Positions 37,495 through 46,673 of a stretch of 64,000 nucleotides of DNA are shown piece after piece; positions within the stretch are counted from its first letter, which is position 1, and every line of letters starts with the position of its first letter. The translations under genes and the position numbers were made by a program. The DNA is taken from positions 48,586 to 112,585 of the forward strand of contig JBAXFJ010000001.1 in assembly GCA_037139975.1 (NCBI GenBank). Direction: 5' to 3'. The DNA is from a bacterium. Lineage in GTDB: Bacteria > Patescibacteriota > Minisyncoccia > Phycocordibacterales > SBAW01. Under the pieces are notes generated by a model that saw nothing but the letters and a program-made list of their open reading frames with translations, did not search any database and was not told the DNA's origin.

Positions 37495-38807
37495 AATCTT
37501 TCATCAAAAAACTCATTCCCCAAAAGCTGCTCGAACTCTACCACCTGGCGTTCGCCTATGGCGGCGCAGCGTGGTATCGCTTTCCTTCCCGCACGCTTTT
37601 TGTGATAGGCATCACCGGCACTAAAGGCAAGTCGACCACATCAGAACTTGTCGCTGCTGTTTTGAGAGAAGCTGGGCACACGGTTGCAGTGGCTTCGACT
37701 ATCCATTTTGAAATTGATGCGGCTGATGGCTGTGGTAATCACACGAGCACGCGCGAGCCAAACTTGTTTAAAATGACAATGCCTGGGCGCGCCTACCTGC
37801 AAAAATTTATGCGCCGCGCAGTCGACGCAGGCTGCACTCACGCGGTCATCGAGATGACCTCGGAAGGCGCACGACAATTTCGCCACAAAGGCATTGCACT
37901 CGACGCGCTTGTCTTTACCAACCTGCAGCCTGAACACATCGAGTCACACGGCAGCCTTGAGGCGTATGCTGCGGCAAAGCTTTCGCTCGCACAAAGCCTC
38001 GAGCACTCGCCCAAGCGCCCACGCATCATGGTCGCGAACGCCGACGATGCGTACGGCGAGAAGTTTCTGGAGACAGACGTCGAGCTGCGCGTGCCATTTT
38101 CTCTGCATGATGCCGACCCATGCACCGTCGACGACACCAGCATGCGCTTTTTGTATAAACCTGCCGGCCATTCTGGCGGGAAAGGTGAATTATTTACTGT
38201 ACCGTTGCCCGGCCTCTTTAACCTGAGAAATATTTTAGGCGTACTGGCTTTGGGTGACGCAATGCACATCTCTCTTGCGACCATGAAACGCGCGCTCGAG
38301 CACATCGCTCCTGTTGCGGGCCGTGCCGAACGTGTTGAACGAGGACAGAGTTTTGCTGTGGTGGTTGATTATGCACACACGCCTGACTCATTGCGGGCGC
38401 TCATAGAAGCGTATCGGCCTCCTGAAAAAGAAGAGGCTCTGAAAAGAAAAATAATTTGTATTATGGGTTCGACTGGTGGCGGCCGCGACCAGTGGAAGCG
38501 CCCACTCATGGGGAAAATTGCTGACGAGCTGTGCGACAGCGTCTATCTGACCAACGAAGACCCCTATGACGAAGATCCACAGAAAATAGTGACTGCTATC
38601 AAAGCGGGCTTCACCACACAAACGCCACACGTCGTGCTCGACCGCCGCGAGGCCGTTCGCGCAGCACTGAAAGAAGCGCGCGAGGGTGATGTGGTTTTAA
38701 TCACCGGCAAAGGCACCGACCCCTATATCATGGGCCCCCACGGCTCAAAACAAGACTGGAGCGACAAGCGAGTTGCTGAGGAAGAACTGGATAACTTGCT
38801 TCACTAA
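37491..38807 (+). CDS. Mur-ligase-family protein (MurE-like; no N-terminal domain)
   Basis: GITGTKGKSTT P-loop, Mur-ligase central and C-terminal domains (DYAHTPDSL). Confidence 0.7.
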   Translation: MKSFIKKLIPQKLLELYHLAFAYGGAAWYRFPSRTLFVIGITGTKGKSTTSELVAAVLREAGHTVAVASTIHFEIDAADGCGNHTSTREPNLFKMTMPGRAYLQKFMRRAVDAGCTHAVIEMTSEGARQFRHKGIALDALVFTNLQPEHIESHGSLEAYAAAKLSLAQSLEHSPKRPRIMVANADDAYGEKFLETDVELRVPFSLHDADPCTVDDTSMRFLYKPAGHSGGKGELFTVPLPGLFNLRNILGVLALGDAMHISLATMKRALEHIAPVAGRAERVERGQSFAVVVDYAHTPDSLRALIEAYRPPEKEEALKRKIICIMGSTGGGRDQWKRPLMGKIADELCDSVYLTNEDPYDEDPQKIVTAIKAGFTTQTPHVVLDRREAVRAALKEAREGDVVLITGKGTDPYIMGPHGSKQDWSDKRVAEEELDNLLH

Positions 38808-38835
38808 TATCCCAAAAGTACGATACTATACACGC

Positions 38836-39069
38836 ATGGCAGGAGGAGAAGACAAACCAGCACCCATGAACCCTTGGGAGCCTGTGCTTTTGCTTGTGGG
38901 GGCTTTAATCATTGGTACGGTGTTGATCTGGCAACGTGGTGGATTCTCGGGCGTACGAAGCGCTGGCAGCGTTCTGATCAACCCACCCCAAACAAATACT
39001 ATTGAGCCCAATACACAAACAACACCAACAGACGCCTCAAGCACTCAAACAACACAGCCAACGCCTTAA
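38836..39069 (+). CDS. Small hypothetical membrane protein
   Basis: MAGGEDKPAPMNPWEPVLLLVGALIIGTVLIW..., trimmed from track ORF 38773..39069. Confidence 0.3.
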   Translation: MAGGEDKPAPMNPWEPVLLLVGALIIGTVLIWQRGGFSGVRSAGSVLINPPQTNTIEPNTQTTPTDASSTQTTQPTP

Positions 39070-39087
39070 TCACCCAACACTATAGAC

Positions 39088-39489
39088 ATGCTCAACCCGT
39101 TCCCCCACTTGCTCAACTATGGTTTTTTTGCGCCGACGCTTTTGCGCGTGACCGTGGCGTGCCTTATGTTCTTTATTGCACAACAGGCGTGGCTCGGAGC
39201 AAAAACTATTGCGGCAATACCCTTTCCTCTGGTTGGAAAAACAAAACCCTGGGTGATACACATTGCCGCAGGCATCACCGCGCTCGTGGGACTTACTCTG
39301 TTTTTTGGATACAACACCCAGTGGGCCGCACTGGTGGGCATCCTCATTGCAATCAAGCTCACTTATTTTAGAAAACAGCTCGGACAAACCATCGGGCTTC
39401 CTGTTTTAGCATATGCTTTTTTGGTTATACTCTGCGCATCGCTTCTCCTCACGGGCGCAGGAGCACTCGCGTTTGACCTGCCGTTGTAA
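39088..39489 (+). CDS. Hypothetical 4-TM membrane protein
   Basis: 133 aa, hydrophobic. Confidence 0.45.
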   Translation: MLNPFPHLLNYGFFAPTLLRVTVACLMFFIAQQAWLGAKTIAAIPFPLVGKTKPWVIHIAAGITALVGLTLFFGYNTQWAALVGILIAIKLTYFRKQLGQTIGLPVLAYAFLVILCASLLLTGAGALAFDLPL

Positions 39490-39509
39490 AAATACGAGGC
39501 GGTGGTAGT

Positions 39510-39992
39510 TTGTGGAGGCATATGATTTTAATTCTCCACAACATTCGCAGTGTCCATAATGTGGGCTCAATTTTTCGTACTGCAGATGCAGCAGGTGTCT
39601 CTCGCATCATCCTGTCGGGATATACCCCAACCCCGCTCGACCGTTTTGGCCGCGAACGCAGCGACTTTGCGAAGGTGTCGTTGGGCGCCGAAAAAACCGT
39701 TGCTTGGACTCAGGTGAAGACACTTGGGGCAACGCTCACAAAACTTAAAAAAGAGCATTGCTGCGTTGTGGCAATTGAGCAAGACAAGCGCTCGGTTCCC
39801 CTCTTTGGTTTCACCCCACACAAAGAACAAGAGTTGGTGGTCATTGTGGGAAACGAAGTGCGCGGCATCTCAAAACCACTGCTCAAAAAGTGCGACGCCA
39901 TTCTCGAGATCCCCATGCACGGCACAAAAGAATCACTCAACGTCTCGGTCACCGCCGGCATCGCCCTGTTCGTGCTCACCCAAAAAATCTAA
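39510..39992 (+). CDS. SpoU-family (TrmH/TrmL-like) RNA 2'-O-methyltransferase
   Basis: ...IRSVHNVGSIFRTADAAGV... and ...VIVGNEVRGIS...ILEIPMHGTKESLNVSVTAGIALFVL form the SPOUT knot. Confidence 0.8.
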   Translation: MWRHMILILHNIRSVHNVGSIFRTADAAGVSRIILSGYTPTPLDRFGRERSDFAKVSLGAEKTVAWTQVKTLGATLTKLKKEHCCVVAIEQDKRSVPLFGFTPHKEQELVVIVGNEVRGISKPLLKKCDAILEIPMHGTKESLNVSVTAGIALFVLTQKI

Positions 39993-40052
39993 TTTGGTCC
40001 GCCCTGTTGAAATTCGTAAATAGAACCATTGTCTGCTATACTACAAAGGTAT

Positions 40053-40125
40053 CCGCCCATAGCTCAGTTGGTAGAGCAATTCCCTTTTAAGGAAGTGGTC
40101 CTTGGTTCGAATCCAAGTGGGCGGA
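40053..40125 (+). tRNA. tRNA-Lys (anticodon TTT)
   Basis: Manual fold: acceptor CCGCCCA/TGGGCGG, U8, D-arm GCTC-AGTTGGTA-GAGC, anticodon loop CTTTTAA, T-arm CTTGG-TTCGAAT-CCAAG, discriminator A. CCA not encoded. Confidence 0.85.
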
Positions 40126-40126
40126 C

Positions 40127-40954
40127 ATGAATGATTTCAGACAGCAGTGCATTGAACTAAGAGACAAAGACTACACACTTCCTGAAATTGTGCGCATGAC
40201 GGGAAGAGCAAAGAGTTCGGTCTATTTCCATATACGGAACCTTCCACTCAGCGCACTGAAACAGCAAAATATTAAGGAACGCTCTCGGAAACAGGCGTCA
40301 CAAATCGCCCTCGCGAGAAAAGGGAAAAGTATTCGTATCTTTCGGCCTTTTTCAACATGGGACGTACCGACCGTATGTCTTGTGTCCCACCTGCTTTTTG
40401 ACGGAGAAGTAAATAATCGTGGATGTACCTATAATAATAGAAATATTTCGTTACTAAAACGCGTAGAGGCGTGCATGAAGGGAGTGTATGATTTTGAACC
40501 AAAGAAGTATAAAAATACATTAACTGGCGTACTACGAATTAGTTATTACAACGTTGCCTTGGGCGCATATATGCAACAGAAATCTTTGCAACTACTCGAT
40601 GAGATTGTTGAAGCGCCGAAAGAACTCAAGCGTGAATTCCTTCGAGCGTTTTTTGATGACGAAGGATGTATGGACTTTAGACCAAAAGAGAGACGGCGAG
40701 GAGTGCGCGGGTATCAAAAAAATACCAGGATATTAAAGAGTATACAAACACTTCTCGCAGATTTTTACATTACCGCAACACTCAAACTCCCCAATGAAGT
40801 TGTGGTTACCGGTAAAAATAACCTTCAAAAGTTCCAACAAGAAATCAACTTTTCTCCAGGAATTTTTATAAACGGAGAACGATCAAACAGTATTTGGAAA
40901 GAAAATTTAGAGAAACGAGAATTACTCATTCGCGCACTCAATTCGTTCAAGTAA
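40127..40954 (+). CDS. Free-standing LAGLIDADG-type (double-motif) endonuclease-like protein with N-terminal HTH
   Basis: Two LAGLIDADG-like motifs (HLLFDGEVNNRG and AFFDDEGCMD). The start is 2 nt after the tRNA-Lys 3' end. Confidence 0.55.
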   Translation: MNDFRQQCIELRDKDYTLPEIVRMTGRAKSSVYFHIRNLPLSALKQQNIKERSRKQASQIALARKGKSIRIFRPFSTWDVPTVCLVSHLLFDGEVNNRGCTYNNRNISLLKRVEACMKGVYDFEPKKYKNTLTGVLRISYYNVALGAYMQQKSLQLLDEIVEAPKELKREFLRAFFDDEGCMDFRPKERRRGVRGYQKNTRILKSIQTLLADFYITATLKLPNEVVVTGKNNLQKFQQEINFSPGIFINGERSNSIWKENLEKRELLIRALNSFK

Positions 40955-40985
40955 CCAACGCTCTTGTGAATCAGCGCAGGACTAT

Positions 40986-41669
40986 TTAAAGCGTGAGCGC
41001 GAAACGCTCAAGCAAGAGCGCGAGGTCACCTGCGCCGCGGTGAGAGTCATGATAGAGCGAGACGAGCGTTCGAGATAATTTGTGTAACTCGGCTTTTGCA
41101 TATTTCGAGCTCGGGCCGCTGGTGAGCATTTGTCGCACCTTCCACACCAAGATGCCCGCAGTGGCCTCGGGCTTCTCCCCCGCTGCAGATGACTTCACAA
41201 TGCCAAGCCAGAGCCGCTTTCTGTCACGACTCGCGAGCGCCGCAGTGACACTAAACGGATCAAAGCCTTTGTCTTTTTTGACTGGCGCTTTGTGCACTTC
41301 TATTTTTGCACCAGTCTTTTCAAGCACAGTGGTTGGGCCTTTCAACAACTTTTCTTCTTCAAAGAGAAAGAGGTGTGCTGACACTTGCAATTCTTTTGCC
41401 AATTTCAAAAACTCCTCCCCCCGTTCGCCCGCGAGTGCGCCCGAAAAGCGAAATGCGAGCACCCCACCAAAAAGCGTCTCGGTCCGCGCAAGCGAAAGCA
41501 TTTCTTCTGCGTTCAGATTCTGCCAATCCAAGTCTTCGGGCGTAGCCGAAGCAAAAACTTCTTGAGGAAATGGTCTGGCCCGAAGCTCGCCCGAAAGCGA
41601 GCGAGGGAGGCCCGAGGACCTTTCTGAAAGAAGTTTTTGCGGAGGATTTCCAACAACAACATGTATCAT
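40986..41669 (-). CDS. holA: DNA polymerase III delta-subunit-like protein (short)
   Basis: The C-terminal helical domain resembles HolA. ATGA overlap with the polA stop. The start was chosen as MIHVVVG. Confidence 0.35.
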   Translation of the reverse strand: MIHVVVGNPPQKLLSERSSGLPRSLSGELRARPFPQEVFASATPEDLDWQNLNAEEMLSLARTETLFGGVLAFRFSGALAGERGEEFLKLAKELQVSAHLFLFEEEKLLKGPTTVLEKTGAKIEVHKAPVKKDKGFDPFSVTAALASRDRKRLWLGIVKSSAAGEKPEATAGILVWKVRQMLTSGPSSKYAKAELHKLSRTLVSLYHDSHRGAGDLALLLERFALTL

Positions 41670-44050
41670 AGTTTCAATTCGTGCATGTCGCCCCAATTTT
41701 TGCCGCGCTTCCCTTCCACCGTAAATGGGATGCCTCGGCTTTTTTGACGTGAGACGATTCCTTCCATAATTTCTCTAACCTTTGGCGCATACGTGGCGAC
41801 TTTTTCTTCTGTAACCTCAAACACTAACTCGTCATGCACGTGCAACAGCAGGTGCACTGTGTCGTCGAGCTTCTCTTTCTCTATCCATGCACCCATTGCA
41901 ACCATCGCCAACTTGTTGATGTCGGCCGAAGTTCCCTGAATGGGCGCGTTGATGGCCATGCGCTCCGCAGACGCGCGCACAAAGGGAATGGTTGACTGAA
42001 TGCCTTCAAAATATCTGCGGCGACCAAAAAGTGTCTCGGTGTAACCTAAGCGCGCCGCGTCTTGTTTAACGCCCTCAAGATAGCTCGCCAGGCGTGGAAA
42101 CGCGGCAAAGTACTGATTAAAAAATTCTTGTGCCTCTGCGCGACTGGTTCCCAAAGACTCGCGCAGCGCACTCACCCCCATGCCATAGAGGATGCCAAAG
42201 TTGATGATTTTTGCACGACGGCGCTGTTCATAGGTGACGTTGTCCTGTGCCACCCCAAAAACCCGGGCCGCAACTTCAGCATGAACATCGCGACCATTTT
42301 TAAATATCTCAGTAAGTGCGTCATCTTCAGAAAGAAGCGCAGCGATGCGCAGCTCTATTTGCGAGTAATCAAACGAGACCAGCTCCATCCCCTCGCTCGC
42401 CACAAAGGCATGACGAATAGCCCGACCAAGTTCGGTTTTAATGGGAATGTTTTGGAGGTTTGGGTCTTTGGAGGCAACTCTCCCTGTGGTGGTTCCTGTT
42501 TGTATGTATGTCGTGTGGAGCTTTTTGTGGTCATCAAGCAGTGTGGGGATGGTGTCGATATAGGTCGAAAGCAGTTTTTGTAATTCGCGATGCGCCAGGA
42601 TGTCGGCGATGGCAGGGTGCAGATCGCGCATCTTTTCGAGCTCAGACTCGCGCGTCGAACGTTGTCCAGTGGCTGTCTTTTTTTGGTTTTTAGGCACCAA
42701 GAGCAGCCGGTCAAACAACACTTCACCAAGCTGCTTGGGCGAATTGATGTTGAATTCACCCCCCGCTGCTTCATAGATGCGTGCGGCTATTTTTTTGAGT
42801 TCTGCTGAATAGGTCTCTGAAAGCTGTTTCAAAAAGTCGGTGTCGATGGTGACGCCCCACGTCTCCATTGTGCGCAGCACCGGCGCCAGTGGCAGCTCTA
42901 TCTTTTCATATACAAAACCAAGGCTATTTTCTTGTATCTGCTCCAGAATATTCTTTCTCGCCTCTTCAAAGACACGGCTCTTGCCTGCGTTGTATACATC
43001 ATCAAGGTCGGGACTGCTGATGTTTGAGTCCAACACCCAGACCGCAAGCGCTATTTTTTGCAGCTCGCGCGGGTCAACGGCCTCAACTTGTGCGTGTTCG
43101 GCAGCGTCTTCTTCAAGAAGTAGCCCCGGCTGCAGCAGCGCCTTGACCCTTCCCACCAGTGCGCGAAATTCAAGTTCAGACAACAAAGCAAACACCTTGT
43201 CTGTCTCAAGACTCTCGCGCCACTCGCGCTCCGGGAGCGAAAAGTTGATAGGCGCGTCGCGCCGAATGGTCGCCAATTCTCTTGAAAAGAGAGCGTCTTT
43301 TTCGTGGTTGGCTACCAACTCAGCAAAACGCTTTTGTATGCCTGACTGCTTTGCTACCGCTTCTACCCCCTCTTTCTCTATTGCTTGATATATTTTCTCG
43401 ATACTGCCAAACGTCCCAAGCAGCTTCATCGCGCTCCCCTCGCCCACACCAGGCACGCCTTTGATGTTATCGCTCGCGTCACCCATAATGCCCTTGAGGT
43501 CGGGTATCGCGTGCGGCCCAAAACCAAAACGCTCCACGATTGCCGCTTCGTCATACAGAATGGTTTCAGACAAACCTTTCTTAAAGGTAAAGACGCGCAC
43601 GCGTTCGTCGTCGATGAGCTGCAGCATATCCATGTCGCCCGAGGCGATGACCACGTCAACGTCGTGTTGCTTCATCTCCTCGGTCACTGTGCCGATGACG
43701 TCGTCGGCCTCAAACCCAGGCGCTTCATACCACGGAATATTAAATGCCCTGAGCACGTCGCGCGACCGACCAAACTGCGCCACCAGCGCGTCGTCGGTTT
43801 TGGCCCGATGCGCTTTATAGTCTTCATACACTTCGTGCCGATGTGTCGGGCCTGCCAAGTCATATGCCGCGACAATATAGTCGGGTTTCAAGTCACTGAC
43901 TGCTTTCAGTAGAATCGAGACCAATCCATAGAGCGCGCCTGTTGGCTCTCCCGCCTTGGTCGAAAAGTCGGGCAGCGCGTGGTATGCCCGATGCAAAATG
44001 CCGTGCATGTCGAGCAGCACCAACCGCTTTTTGTCTTTCTGCCCTTTCAT
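41666..44050 (-). CDS. polA: DNA polymerase I (5'-3' exonuclease + polymerase)
   Basis: FEN-like N-terminus (...LVLLDMHGILHRAYHAL...) and PolA motifs A/B/C (...DYSQIELRIAA..., ...RRRAKIINFGILYG..., ...LLHVHDELVFE...). Confidence 0.95.
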   Translation of the reverse strand: MKGQKDKKRLVLLDMHGILHRAYHALPDFSTKAGEPTGALYGLVSILLKAVSDLKPDYIVAAYDLAGPTHRHEVYEDYKAHRAKTDDALVAQFGRSRDVLRAFNIPWYEAPGFEADDVIGTVTEEMKQHDVDVVIASGDMDMLQLIDDERVRVFTFKKGLSETILYDEAAIVERFGFGPHAIPDLKGIMGDASDNIKGVPGVGEGSAMKLLGTFGSIEKIYQAIEKEGVEAVAKQSGIQKRFAELVANHEKDALFSRELATIRRDAPINFSLPEREWRESLETDKVFALLSELEFRALVGRVKALLQPGLLLEEDAAEHAQVEAVDPRELQKIALAVWVLDSNISSPDLDDVYNAGKSRVFEEARKNILEQIQENSLGFVYEKIELPLAPVLRTMETWGVTIDTDFLKQLSETYSAELKKIAARIYEAAGGEFNINSPKQLGEVLFDRLLLVPKNQKKTATGQRSTRESELEKMRDLHPAIADILAHRELQKLLSTYIDTIPTLLDDHKKLHTTYIQTGTTTGRVASKDPNLQNIPIKTELGRAIRHAFVASEGMELVSFDYSQIELRIAALLSEDDALTEIFKNGRDVHAEVAARVFGVAQDNVTYEQRRRAKIINFGILYGMGVSALRESLGTSRAEAQEFFNQYFAAFPRLASYLEGVKQDAARLGYTETLFGRRRYFEGIQSTIPFVRASAERMAINAPIQGTSADINKLAMVAMGAWIEKEKLDDTVHLLLHVHDELVFEVTEEKVATYAPKVREIMEGIVSRQKSRGIPFTVEGKRGKNWGDMHELKL

Positions 44051-44544
44051 ACCACTTCAATATACCGCGAATCATCGCTCGCAACGCCCTCCGTCTCGCC
44101 CAAGGGCGGGTCGGACGAAAAGCTGAGGGTCAGGTCGGGTTTGGGCAGCACACCCGCGAGCCGCTCGGGCCACTCGACACACACTAAGTTTCTAGAGTCA
44201 CGTAAGAACTCTTCAGGTTTTAGTGTTTGAAATTCTTCTGGTGTATTTAAGCGATACGCATCAATATGTATCAGCTTCCTGAAAGGCGACGCCTTGGAGA
44301 GGTTGGGGGCTAAGGCGTTGCCTTGGGAGATTTCATACGATTTCATCAAAACATACGTTGGACTTTGAACCACACCCTCAACACCCAGTGCTTTTGCGAG
44401 TGCCTGCATGAAAGTAGTTTTTCCTGCCCCTAGGTTGCCCGACAGCGCTAAAAGATACGCTCCATTCTCTTGAGGAGTCTGTTTAATTTTTTTTAAAATC
44501 TGCCTAGCAAAATCCCCTAACTCTTCCAATCGTACCTTTTGCAT
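44047..44544 (-). CDS. tsaE: tRNA threonylcarbamoyladenosine biosynthesis ATPase TsaE
   Basis: ...LLALSGNLGAGKTTFMQALAKALGV... is the P-loop. Confidence 0.8.
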   Translation of the reverse strand: MQKVRLEELGDFARQILKKIKQTPQENGAYLLALSGNLGAGKTTFMQALAKALGVEGVVQSPTYVLMKSYEISQGNALAPNLSKASPFRKLIHIDAYRLNTPEEFQTLKPEEFLRDSRNLVCVEWPERLAGVLPKPDLTLSFSSDPPLGETEGVASDDSRYIEVV

Positions 44545-44618
44545 AAAAGTAGCCTAGCACAACTCACTCAAGGCGACACCTTCCAGAGCTAAGGAGTCGC
44601 CTTAAAACCAAAACATCA

Positions 44619-46310
44619 GTGTACAATAGACATATGGTAGTTTTTGCAGATGCAGAACAAGAAAAACACCTCGACTTTCTCAAACGGCACGAGGAGGAAG
44701 AGTTGGCACAGATGCTCTCGCACAAGTATGGCGTCGAATACATCGACCTGTCACTCGTTTCCATCAACACTGACGCACTGCGTCTGGTGCCCGAACAAGA
44801 AGCACGCACCATCGAAGCCGCTGCCTTTGGCCAGGTGGGTAAACGCCTCAGCCTCGCGGTACGCGCACCCGAAAGTGTGGCCGCAAAAGAGCTCATCGAA
44901 AAACTTAAAAATCTTGGATACACGATCACCGTGTTTATGTGTTCACAAGAAAGTCTTAAGCACGCCTTTGAGCGTTATGCCGACCTTTCGTATGCGTCGA
45001 GCAGTAAAGCGGGAGTGCTCGAACTCTCGAGCGCTGACCTTGAAGCATTACTCACCAAAGTCGGCAACCTCGGTGACATCAGCAGACTCATCAACGAAGC
45101 AATCAGCATGAAGCGTACCTATCGCATCTCTCGCATCCTGCAAGTTGTCCTCGCGGGCGGCCTCGCGATGAACGCTTCCGACATCCACCTTGAACCAGAA
45201 GAATTGACGGTTCGCCTGCGGTACCGACTCGACGGCATCTTGATTGACGTGCTCACCTTTGACCATGAAACCTACCACCTGGTGCTGTCTCGCCTCAAAC
45301 TCATCTCAGGCCTCAAACTCAACGTCACGGGCGAAGCTCAAGACGGACGCTTCAGCATCAAGCTTCACGGCGACGACGTCGAAATGCGCACGTCGATCCT
45401 CCCCAGCAATTATGGCGAAGCGGTGGTGATGCGTATCCTTAACCCAAAAGCTATTGGCGTCCCCCTCAACGAGCTGGGAATTGAACCAAAACTCCTTACA
45501 CGACTCGAACAGGAGATCCAAAAACCAAACGGCATGATCCTCACCACCGGCCCCACCGGCTCAGGCAAGACCACCACACTCTATGCCTTTTTGCGACGCG
45601 TCAACGAACCAGGGACAAAAATAATTACTATTGAAGACCCAATTGAGTATCACCTTCCCATCGTGCAAACACAGGTGGAAAAAGGCTACACCTTTGCCGA
45701 AGGTCTGCGCAGCGCGCTGCGTGCCGACCCAGACGTCATCATGGTGGGTGAGATCCGCGACGGCGAAGTGGCGACCACCGCCATCAACGCGGCGCTCACG
45801 GGGCACTTGGTTTTTTCGACACTGCACACCAACAACGCGGCGGGTGCCTTCCCCCGCCTCATCGACATGGGGATAAATGAAAAAGTAATCAGTTCGGCCG
45901 TCACCGTCGCGATGGCACAGCGACTCATCCGCACGCTCTGTGTAAAATGTAAAAAAGTCCGCCCCCTTGAACCCAAAGAACAGGAGTTGATTGACGCCTA
46001 CATGAAAGGCCTAGTTGACCAGGCGCTCGTCCCACAAAACACCAAAGAGGTGTCTGACGCAAACAAGGGCGGCTGCGAGGCGTGTGGGGGCCGCGGCTAC
46101 AAAGGCCGCATCGGCATCTATGAAGCGATTTTTATGGATTCAAAAATTGAAGACGTGTTGCGCAGCAAACCAAGCGAGCGTGAGATCTTGGCGGCTTCTC
46201 GGGCACAAGGCATCCCCACCATGCAAGAAGACGGTATCTTAAAAGTCCTTAGAGGTGTCACGTCGCTCAGCGAGCTTGGTCGCGTCATCGACTACAACCA
46301 AGCCTTGTAA
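44619..46310 (+). CDS. pilB: Type IV pilus / type II secretion assembly ATPase (PilB/GspE family)
   Basis: GSPII_E N-terminal domain, Walker A GPTGSGKTT, and the Cys tetrad (CVKCKK...CEACGGRG). Confidence 0.9.
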   Translation: MYNRHMVVFADAEQEKHLDFLKRHEEEELAQMLSHKYGVEYIDLSLVSINTDALRLVPEQEARTIEAAAFGQVGKRLSLAVRAPESVAAKELIEKLKNLGYTITVFMCSQESLKHAFERYADLSYASSSKAGVLELSSADLEALLTKVGNLGDISRLINEAISMKRTYRISRILQVVLAGGLAMNASDIHLEPEELTVRLRYRLDGILIDVLTFDHETYHLVLSRLKLISGLKLNVTGEAQDGRFSIKLHGDDVEMRTSILPSNYGEAVVMRILNPKAIGVPLNELGIEPKLLTRLEQEIQKPNGMILTTGPTGSGKTTTLYAFLRRVNEPGTKIITIEDPIEYHLPIVQTQVEKGYTFAEGLRSALRADPDVIMVGEIRDGEVATTAINAALTGHLVFSTLHTNNAAGAFPRLIDMGINEKVISSAVTVAMAQRLIRTLCVKCKKVRPLEPKEQELIDAYMKGLVDQALVPQNTKEVSDANKGGCEACGGRGYKGRIGIYEAIFMDSKIEDVLRSKPSEREILAASRAQGIPTMQEDGILKVLRGVTSLSELGRVIDYNQAL

Positions 46311-46673
46311 CCCCCACACAAGAAGGCGCGGAGGTGCAGCTGCATCGTAAAAGCACTGAGACACGCAGAAAAAATAGGTCAACTTGGCGAGAGCAAAAGA
46401 GAAGAGTAAACTAGAGAGCAGTTCAAGCTGGCGTACCTCTAAGCAATACTATTTTTGATAAATCAAAAATCGGAAGGCTGCTAATAAGGATGACCTCCGC
46501 AACCCATCCAAAGATGGGCACCGAGGAGTCCTCGAAGTAGTTCCAAAAACCCGTGAAGGCCATATTGCTTAGAGATATGCACGCTCGAATCAAAATCGTA
46601 AGCGGGATGCTGGTTCAAATGCGAACTACGAACACGCGAGTACCTAAGAGAAGGTTAGCATACTAATTATTTT

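Noticed and set aside
46311-46673. tmRNA, RNase P RNA or SRP RNA identity for the pilB-ruvB spacer
   Set aside because: There is no paired tRNA-like acceptor/T-arm, no RNase P P4/CR-I consensus, and only an imperfect match to the SRP domain IV motif. A tag-like frame (ANYEHAST*) lacks the usual hydrophobic C-terminus. Left as an unassigned candidate.
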